Of a DNA stretch of 64,000 nucleotides, positions 54,351 to 64,000 are shown in pieces. This DNA comes from Lingula anatina (lineage: Eukaryota; Animalia; Brachiopoda). Numbering within the stretch: position 1 is the first letter of the stretch; each line of letters begins with the position of its first letter. The position numbers were made by a program, and so were the translations under genes. Under the pieces are notes generated by a model. The model was not told where the DNA came from, ran no database searches, and saw nothing but the letters and a program-made list of their open reading frames with translations. The stretch spans positions 3,162,001 through 3,226,000 of the forward strand of contig JBPQGU010000016.1 of assembly GCA_051362555.1 (NCBI GenBank). Direction: 5' to 3'.

Positions 54351-57300
54351 ATCTTTAAAGCTGGAATTGGGGGCTTTAATGAAGTGATCCGGGCGTGTTT
54401 CCACATTTTTTATGAATGACAGGTGTGGTAGATTGATTTTCATCACATTTCGGAAAAATTGGTGACGGGTCGTTTTTGGGTGATTTTGAGTGATTTTCAT
54501 CAGGTCCGCGTACAGCAGATTTCTTCAATTTTGGCCAAAAAGGGAAGAAATTTTTTTTTCTTCATTTTAGTGACCGGTAGGTGTGTTGGGTCATTTGTAG
54601 TAAGTATAAAGTACTGGAAGAGTGGTTGTGTCAATATTAAGGAAGAAAAAGAGCAAAAACTCTGGCCACCCCCCCCCCCCCTCCAGATCCTGTTTTCAGC
54701 TGTGTTTTTGGCTATCTTTAAAGCTGGAATTGGGGGCTTTAATGAAGTGATCCGGGCGTGTTTCCACATTTTTTATGAATGACAGGTGTGGTAGATTGAT
54801 TTTCATCACATTTCGGAAAAATTGGTGACGGGTCGTTTTTGGGTGATTTTGAGTGATTTTCATCAGGTCCGCGTACAGCAGATTTCTTCAATTTTGGCCA
54901 AAAAGGGAAGAAATTTTTTTTTCTTCATTTTAGTGACCGGTAGGTGTGTTGGGTCATTTGTAGTAAGTATAAAGTACTGGAAGAGTGGTTGTGTCAATAT
55001 TAAGGAAGAAAAAGAGCAAAAACTCTGGCCATCCCCCCCCCCCCCTCCAGATCCTGTTTTCAGCTGTGTTTTTGGCTATCTTTAAAGCTGGAATTGGGGG
55101 CTTTAATGAAGTGATCCGGGCGTGTTTCCACATTTTTTATGAATGACAGGTGTGGTAGATTGATTTTCATCACATTTCGGAAAAATTGGTGACGGGTCGT
55201 TTTTGGGTGATTTTGAGTGATTTTCATCAGGTCCGCGTACAGCAGATTTCTTCAATTTTGGCCAAAAAGGGAAGAAATTTTTTTTTCTTCATTTTAGTGA
55301 CCGGTAGGTGTGTTGGGTCATTTGTAGTAAGTATAAAGTACTGGAAGAGTGGTTGTGTCAATATTAAGGAAGAAAAAGAGCAAAAACTCTGGCCACCCCC
55401 CCCCCCCCTCCAGATCCTGTTTTCAGCTGTGTTTTTGGCTATCTTTAAAGCTGGAATTGGGGGCTTTAATGAAGTGATCCGGGCGTGTTTCCACATTTTT
55501 TATGAATGACAGGTGTGGTAGATTGATTTTCATCACATTTCGGAAAAATTGGTGACGGGTCGTTTTTGGGTGATTTTGAGTGATTTTCATCAGGTCCGCG
55601 TACAGCAGATTTCTTCAATTTTGGCCAAAAAGGGAAGAAATTTTTTTTTCTTCATTTTAGTGACCGGTAGGTGTGTTGGGTCATTTGTAGTAAGTATAAA
55701 GTACTGGAAGAGTGGTTGTGTCAATATTAAGGAAGAAAAAGAGCAAAAACTCTGGCCACCCCCCCCCCCCTCCAGATCCTGTTTTCAGCTGTGTTTTTGG
55801 CTATCTTTAAAGCTGGAATTGGGGGCTTTAATGAAGTGATCCGGGCGTGTTTCCACATTTTTTATGAATGACAGGTGTGGTAGATTGATTTTCATCACAT
55901 TTCGGAAAAATTGGTGACGGGTCGTTTTTGGGTGATTTTGAGTGATTTTCATCAGGTCCGCGTACAGCAGATTTCTTCAATTTTGGCCAAAAAGGGAAGA
56001 AATTTTTTTTTCTTCATTTTAGTGACCGGTAGGTGTGTTGGGTCATTTGTAGTAAGTATAAAGTACTGGAAGAGTGGTTGTGTCAATATTAAGGAAGAAA
56101 AAGAGCAAAAACTCTGGCCACCCCCCCCCCCCTCCAGATCCTGTTTTCAGCTGTGTTTTTGGCTATCTTTAAAGCTGGAATTGGGGGCTTTAATGAAGTG
56201 ATCCGGGCGTGTTTCCACATTTTTTATGAATGACAGGTGTGGTAGATTGATTTTCATCACATTTCGGAAAAATTGGTGACGGGTCGTTTTTGGGTGATTT
56301 TGAGTGATTTTCATCAGGTCCGCGTACAGCAGATTTCTTCAATTTTGGCCAAAAAGGGAAGAAATTTTTTTTTCTTCATTTTAGTGACCGGTAGGTGTGT
56401 TGGGTCATTTGTAGTAAGTATAAAGTACTGGAAGAGTGGTTGCGTCAATATTAAGGAAGAAAAAGAGCAAAAACTCTGGCCACCCCCCCCCCCCTCCAGA
56501 TCCTGTTTTCAGCTGTGTTTTTGGCTATCTTTAAAGCTGGAATTGGGGGCTTTAATGAAGTGATCCGGGCGTGTTTCCACATTTTTTATGAATGACAGGT
56601 GTGGTAGATTGATTTTCATCACATTTCGGAAAAATTGGTGACGGGTCGTTTTTGGGTGATTTTGAGTGATTTTCATCAGGTCCGCGTACAGCAGATTTCT
56701 TCAATTTTGGCCAAAAAGGGAAGAAATTTTTTTTTCTTCATTTTAGTGACCGGTAGGTGTGTTGGGTCATTTGTAGTAAGTATAAAGTACTGGAAGAGTG
56801 GTTGTGTCAATATTAAGGAAGAAAAAGAGCAAAAACTCTGGCCACCCCCCCCCCCTCCAGATCCTGTTTTCAGCTGTGTTTTTGGCTATCTTTAAAGCTG
56901 GAATTGGGGGCTTTAATGAAGTGATCCGGGCGTGTTTCCACATTTTTTATGAATGACAGGTGTGGTAGATTGATTTTCATCACATTTCGGAAAAATTGGT
57001 GACGGGTCGTTTTTGGGTGATTTTGAGTGATTTTCATCAGGTCCGCGTACAGCAGATTTCTTCAATTTTGGCCAAAAAGGGAAGAAATTTTTTTTTCTTC
57101 ATTTTAGTGACCGGTAGGTGTGTTGGGTCATTTGTAGTAAGTATAAAGTACTGGAAGAGTGGTTGTGTCAATATTAAGGAAGAAAAAGAGCAAAAACTCT
57201 GGCCACCCCCCCCCCCCTCCAGATCCTGTTTTCAGCTGTGTTTTTGGCTATCTTTAAAGCTGGAATTGGGGGCTTTAATGAAGTGATCCGGGCGTGTTTC

Positions 57301-58759
57301 CACATTTTTTATGAATGACAGGTGTGGTAGATTGATCTTCATCACATTTCGGAAAAATTGGTGACGGGTCGTTTTTGGGTGATTTTGAGTGATTTTCATC
57401 AGGTCCGCGTACAGCAGATTTCTTCAATTTTGGCCAAAAAGGGAAGAAATTTTTTTTTCTTCATTTTAGTGACCGGTAGGTGTGTTGGGTTATTTGTAGT
57501 AAGTATAAAGTACTGGAAGAGTGGTTGTGTCAATATTAAGGAAGAAAAAGAGCAAAAACTCTGGCCACCCCCCCCCCCCTCCAGATCCTGTTTTCAGCTG
57601 TGTTTTTGGCTATCTTTAAAGCTGGAATTGGGGGCTTTAATGAAGTGATCCGGGCGTGTTTCCACATTTTTTATGAATGACAGGTGTGGTAGATTGATTT
57701 TCATCACATTTCGGAAAAATTGGTGACGGGTCGTTTTTGGGTGATTTTGAGTGATTTTCATCAGGTCCGCGTACAGCAGATTTCTTCAATTTTGGCCAAA
57801 AAGGGAAGAAATTTTTTTTTCTTCATTTAAGTGACCGGTAGGTGTGTTGGGTCATTTGTAGTAAGTATAAAGTACTGGAAGAGTGGTTGTGTCAATATTA
57901 AGGAAGAAAAAGAGCAAAAACTCTGGCCACCCCCCCCCCCCCTCCAGATCCTGTTTTCAGCTGTGTTTTTGGCTATCTTTAAAGCTGGAATTGGGGGCTT
58001 TAATGAAGTGATCCGGGCGTGTTTCCACATTTTTTATGAATGACAGGTGTGGTAGATTGATTTTCATTACATTTCGGAAAAATTGGTGACGGGTCGTTTT
58101 TGGGTGATTTTGAGTGATTTTCATCAGGTCCGCGTACAGCAGATTTCTTCAATTTTGGCCAAAAAGGGAAGAAATTTTTTTTTCTTCATTTAAGTGACCG
58201 GTAGGTGTGTTGGGTCATTTGTAGTAAGTATAAAGTACTGGAAGAGTGGTTGTGTCAATATTAAGGAAGAAAAAGAGCAAAAACTCTGGCCACCCCCCCC
58301 CCCCCCTCCAGATCCTGTTTTCAGCTGTGTTTTTGGCTATCTTTAAAGCTGGAATTGGGGGCTTTAATGAAGTGATCCGGGCGTGTTTCCACATTTTTTA
58401 TGAATGACAGGTGTGGTAGATTGATTTTCATCACATTTCGGAAAAATTGGTGACGGGTCGTTTTTGGGTGATTTTGAGTGATTTTCATCAGGTCCGCGTA
58501 CAGCAGATTTCTTCAATTTTGGCCAAAAAGGGAAGAAATTTTTTTTTCTTCATTTTAGTGACCGGTAGGTGTGTTGGGTCATTTGTAGTAAGTATAAAGT
58601 ACTGGAAGAGTGGTTGCGTCAATATTAAGGAAGAAAAAGAGCAAAAACTCTGGCCACCCCCCCCCCCCCTCCAGATCCTGTTTTCAGCTGTGTTTTTGGC
58701 TATCTTTAAAGCTGGAATTGGGGGCTTTAATGAAGTGATCCGGGCGTGTTTCCACATTT

Positions 58760-60930
58760 TTTATGAATGACAGGTGTGGTAGATTGATTTTCATCACATT
58801 TCGGAAAAATTGGTGACGGGTCGTTTTTGGGTGATTTTGAGTGATTTTCATCAGGTCCGCGTACAGCAGATTTCTTCAATTTTGGCCAAAAAGGGAAGAA
58901 ATTTTTTTTTCTTCATTTTAGTGACCGGTAGGTGTGTTGGGTCATTTGTAGTAAGTATAAAGTACTGGAAGAGTGGTTGCGTCAATATTAAGGAAGAAAA
59001 AGAGCAAAAACTCTGGCCACCCCCCCCCCCTCCAGATCCTGTTTTCAGCTGTGTTTTTGGCTATCTTTAAAGCTGGAATTGGGGGCTTTAATGAAGTGAT
59101 CCGGGCGTGTTTCCACATTTTTTATGAATGACAGGTGTGGTAGATTGATTTTCATCACATTTCGGAAAAATTGGTGACGGGTCGTTTTTGGGTGATTTTG
59201 AGTGATTTTCATCAGGTCCGCGTACAGCAGATTTCTTCAATTTTGGCCAAAAAGGGAAGAAATTTTTTTTTCTTCATTTTAGTGACCGGTAGGTGTGTTG
59301 GGTCATTTGTAGTAAGTATAAAGTACTGGAAGAGTGGTTGTGTCAATATTAAGGAAGAAAAAGAGCAAAAACTCTGGCCACCCCCCCCCCCCTCCAGATC
59401 CTGTTTTCAGCTGTGTTTTTGGCTATCTTTAAAGCTGGAATTGGGGGCTTTAATGAAGTGATCCGGGCGTGTTTCCACATTTTTTATGAATGACAGGTGT
59501 GGTAGATTGATTTTCATCACATTTCGGAAAAATTGGTGACGGGTCGTTTTTGGGTGATTTTGAGTGATTTTCATCAGGTCCGCGTACAGCAGATTTCTTC
59601 AATTTTGGCCAAAAAGGGAAGAATTTTTTTTTTCTTCATTTTAGTGACCGGTAGGTGTGTTGGGTCATTTGTAGTAAGTATAAAGTACTGGAAGAGTGGT
59701 TGTGTCAATATTAAGGAAGAAAAAGAGCAAAAACTCTGGCCACCCCCCCCCCTCCAGATCCTGTTTTCAGCTGTGTTTTTGGCTATCTTTAAAGCTGGAA
59801 TTGGGGGCTTTAATGAAGTGATCCGGGCGTGTTTCCACATTTTTTATGAATGACAGGTGTGGTAGATTGATTTTCATCACATTTCGGAAAAATTGGTGAC
59901 GGGTCGTTTTTGGGTGATTTTGAGTGATTTTCATCAGGTCCGCGTACAGCAGATTTCTTCAATTTTGGCCAAAAAGGGAAGAAATTTTTTTTTCTTCATT
60001 TTAGTGACCGGTAGGTGTGTTGGGTCATTTGTAGTAAGTATAAAGTACTGGAAGAGTGGTTGCGTCAATATTAAGGAAGAAAAAGAGCAAAAACTCTGGC
60101 CACCCCCCCCCCCTCCAGATCCTGTTTTCAGCTGTGTTTTTGGCTATCTTTAAAGCTGGAATTGGGGGCTTTAATGAAGTGATCCGGGCGTGTTTCCACA
60201 TTTTTTATGAATGACAGGTGTGGTAGATTGATTTTCATCACATTTCGGAAAAATTGGTGACGGGTCGTTTTTGGGTGATTTTGAGTGATTTTCATCAGGT
60301 CCGCGTACAGCAGATTTCTTCAATTTTGGCCAAAAAGGGAAGAAATTTTTTTTTCTTCATTTTAGTGACCGGTAGGTGTGTTGGGTCATTTGTAGTAAGT
60401 ATAAAGTACTGGAAGAGTGGTTGTGTCAATATTAAGGAAGAAAAAGAGCAAAAACTCTGGCCACCCCCCCCCCCTCCAGATCCTGTTTTCAGCTGTGTTT
60501 TTGGCTATCTTTAAAGCTGGAATTGGGGGCTTTAATGAAGTGATCCGGGCGTGTTTCCACATTTTTTATGAATGACAGGTGTGGTAGATTGATTTTCATC
60601 ACATTTCGGAAAAATTGGTGACGGGTCGTTTTTGGGTGATTTTGAGTGATTTTCATCAGGTCCGCGTACAGCAGATTTCTTCAATTTTGGCCAAAAAGGG
60701 AAGAATTTTTTTTTTCTTCATTTTAGTGACCGGTAGGTGTGTTGGGTCATTTGTAGTAAGTATAAAGTACTGGAAGAGTGGTTGTGTCAATATTAAGGAA
60801 GAAAAAGAGCAAAAACTCTGGCCACCCCCCCCCCTCCAGATCCTGTTTTCAGCTGTGTTTTTGGCTATCTTTAAAGCTGGAATTGGGGGCTTTAATGAAG
60901 TGATCCGGGCGTGTTTCCACATTTTTTATG
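58760..60930. repeat. 3-monomer (~1082 bp) tandem duplication; ends approximate
   Basis: T>C at 58980/60063, and A>T at 59624/60706 with a C10 tract in both units. Confidence 0.85.
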
Positions 60931-63900
60931 AATGACAGGTGTGGTAGATTGATTTTCATCACATTTCGGAAAAATTGGTGACGGGTCGTTTTTGGGTGAT
61001 TTTGAGTGATTTTCATCAGGTCCGCGTACAGCAGATTTCTTCAATTTTGGCCAAAAAGGGAAGAAATTTTTTTTTCTTCATTTTAGTGACCGGTAGGTGT
61101 GTTGGGTCATTTGTAGTAAGTATAAAGTACTGGAAGAGTGGTTGTGTCAATATTAAGGAAGAAAAAGAGCAAAAACTCTGGCCACCCCCCCCCCCTCCAG
61201 ATCCTGTTTTCAGCTGTGTTTTTGGCTATCTTTAAAGCTGGAATTGGGGGCTTTAATGAAGTGATCCGGGCGTGTTTCCACATTTTTTATGAATGACAGG
61301 TGTGGTAGATTGATTTTCATCACATTTCGGAAAAATTGGTGACGGGTCGTTTTTGGGTGATTTTGAGTGATTTTCATCAGGTCCGCGTACAGCAGATTTC
61401 TTCAATTTTGGCCAAAAAGGGAAGAAATTTTTTTTTCTTCATTTTAGTGACCGGTAGGTGTGTTGGGTCATTTGTAGTAAGTATAAAGTACTGGAAGAGT
61501 GGTTGTGTCAATATTAAGGAAGAAAAAGAGCAAAAACTCTGGCCACCCCCCCCCCCCCTCCAGATCCTGTTTTCAGCTGTGTTTTTGGCTATCTTTAAAG
61601 CTGGAATTGGGGGCTTTAATGAAGTGATCCGGGCGTGTTTCCACATTTTTTATGAATGACAGGTGTGGTAGATTGATTTTCATCACATTTCGGAAAAATT
61701 GGTGACGGGTCGTTTTTGGGTGATTTTGAGTGATTTTCATCAGGTCCGCGTACAGCAGATTTCTTCAATTTTGGCCAAAAAGGGAAGAAATTTTTTTTTC
61801 TTCATTTTAGTGACCGGTAGGTGTGTTGGGTCATTTGTAGTAAGTATAAAGTACTGGAAGAGTGGTTGCGTCAATATTAAGGAAGAAAAAGAGCAAAAAC
61901 TCTGGCCACCCCTCCCCCCTCCAGATCCTGTTTTCAGCTGTGTTTTTGGCTATCTTTAAAGCTGGAATTGGGGGCTTTAATGAAGTGATCCGGGCGTGTT
62001 TCCACATTTTTTATGAATGACAGGTGTGGTAGATTGATTTTCATCACATTTCGGAAAAATTGGTGACGGGTCGTTTTTGGGTGATTTTGAGTGATTTTCA
62101 TCAGGTCCGCGTACAGCAGATTTCTTCAATTTTGGCCAAAAAGGGAAGAAATTTTTTTTTCTTCATTTTAGTGACCGGTAGGTGTGTTGGGTCATTTGTA
62201 GTAAGTATAAAGTACTGGAAGAGTGGTTGTGTCAATATTAAGGAAGAAAAAGAGCAAAAACTCTGGCCACCCCCCCCCCCTCCAGATCCTGTTTTCAGCT
62301 GTGTTTTTGGCTATCTTTAAAGCTGGAATTGGGGGCTTTAATGAAGTGATCCGGGCGTGTTTCCACATTTTTTATGAATGACAGGTGTGGTAGATTGATT
62401 TTCATCACATTTCGGAAAAATTGGTGACGGGTCGTTTTTGGGTGATTTTGAGTGATTTTCATCAGGTCCGCGTACAGCAGATTTCTTCAATTTTGGCCAA
62501 AAAGGGAATAAATTTTTTTTTCTTCATTTTAGTGACCGGTAGGTGTGTTGGGTCATTTGTAGTAAGTATAAAGTACTGGAAGAGTGGTTGTGTCAATATT
62601 AAGGAAGAAAAAGAGCAAAAACTCTGGCCACCCCCCCCCCCCCCTCCAGATCCTGTTTTCAGCTGTGTTTTTGGCTATCTTTAAAGCTGGAATTGGGGGC
62701 TTTAATGAAGTGATCCGGGCGTGTTTCCACATTTTTTATGAATGACAGGTGTGGTAGATTGATTTTCATCACATTTCGGAAAAATTGGTGACGGGTCGTT
62801 TTTGGGTGATTTTGAGTGATTTTCATCAGGTCCGCGTACAGCAGATTTCTTCAATTTTGGCCAAAAAGGGAAGAAATTTTTTTTCTTCATTTTAGTGACC
62901 GGTAGGTGTGTTGGGTCATTTGTAGTAAGTATAAAGTACTGGAAGAGTGGTTGTGTCAATATTAAGGAAGAAAAAGAGCAAAAACTCTGGCCACCCCCCC
63001 CCCCTCCAGATCCTGTTTTCAGCTGTGTTTTTGGCTATCTTTAAAGCTGGAATTGGGGGCTTTAATGAAGTGATCCGGGCGTGTTTCCACATTTTTTATG
63101 AATGACAGGTGTGGTAGATTGATTTTCATCACATTTCGGAAAAATTGGTGACGGGTCGTTTTTGGGTGATTTTGAGTGATTTTCATCAGGTCCGCGTACA
63201 GCAGATTTCTTCAATTTTGGCCAAAAAGGGAAAAATTTTTTTTTCTTCATTTTAGTGACCGGTAGGTGTGTTGGGTCATTTGTAGTAAGTATAAAGTACT
63301 GGAAGAGTGGTTGTGTCAATATTAAGGAAGAAAAAGAGCAAAAACTCTGGCCACCCCCCCCCCCTCCAGATCCTGTTTTCAGCTGTGTTTTTGGCTATCT
63401 TTAAAGCTGGAATTGGGGGCTTTAATGAAGTGATCCGGGCGTGTTTCCACATTTTTTATGAATGACAGGTGTGGTAGATTGATTTTCATCACATTTCGGA
63501 AAAATTGGTGACGGGTCGTTTTTGGGTGATTTTGAGTGATTTTCATCAGGTCCGCGTACAGCAGATTTCTTCAATTTTGGCCAAAAAGGGAAGAAATTTT
63601 TTTTTCTTCATTTTAGTGACCGGTAGGTGTGTTGGGTCATTTGTAGTAAGTATAAAGTACTGGAAGAGTGGTTGTGTCAATATTAAGGAAGAAAAAGAGC
63701 AAAAACTCTGGCCACCCCCCCCCCCCCTCCAGATCCTGTTTTCAGCTGTGTTTTTGGCTATCTTTAAAGCTGGAATTGGGGGCTTTAATGAAGTGATCCG
63801 GGCGTGTTTCCACATTTTTTATGAATGACAGGTGTGGTAGATTGATTTTCATCACATTTCGGAAAAATTGGTGACGGGTCGTTTTTGGGTGATTTTGAGT

Positions 63901-64000
63901 GATTTTCATCAGGTCCGCGAACAGCAGATTTCTTCAATTTTGGCCAAAAAGGGAAGAAATTTTTTTTTCTTCATTTTAGTGACCGGTAGGTGTGTTGGGT

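Larger units (their letters stand above)
1..64000. repeat. Tandem satellite array, ~362-bp monomer, ~176 full copies plus a partial copy, single orientation
   Basis: TATGAATGACAGGTGTGG recurs at 1, 363 and onward to the window end. Equivalent ORF starts are spaced 357-367 bp, apart from one 501-bp unit and two ~336-bp units. No unique sequence or inversion seen. Confidence 0.99.

Noticed and set aside
4130-60706. Shared A>T variant at 4130 and 59624/60706 as a long-range duplication
   Set aside because: A single change at an A/T homopolymer boundary with no linked markers; recurrence is more likely.
49-63828. Repeated 86-107 aa ORFs on both strands (MVTGRFW..., MWKHARIT...)
   Set aside because: The plus-strand ORF starts at TTG, and its low-complexity runs (FFFF, PPPPP) come from homopolymers. 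Frames change freely with C-tract length, stops and frameshifts are tolerated, and I recognise no domain.
1-64000. CRISPR array or diversified cassette array
   Set aside because: No unique spacers or variable cassettes; whole units are near-identical and no associated genes are present.

Overview
The entire 64 kb window is one uninterrupted head-to-tail tandem array (satellite DNA) of a ~362-bp monomer: about 176 complete copies plus a partial one, all in the same orientation, with both array ends outside the window. Hand count of monomer 1-362: A89 C58 G90 T125 (40.9% GC, + strand G/T-skewed). I do not recognise the family or organism, and I can support no gene, RNA gene, transposon or CRISPR array; the ORF track is the same repeat translated repeatedly. 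Copies are nearly identical and differ mainly in a C10-C17 tract. The informative signal is in rare variants: two independent 13-monomer (~4.7 kb) duplications, 1-, 2- and 3-monomer duplications, a 139-bp intra-monomer duplication and a 27-bp deletion (both with microhomology), a variant monomer lineage with mappable recombination breakpoints, substitutions concentrated at CpGs (suggesting a CpG-methylating eukaryote), and divergence rising towards the right end. I found no convincing novel functional system. Variants were read by eye, so the catalogue may be incomplete.
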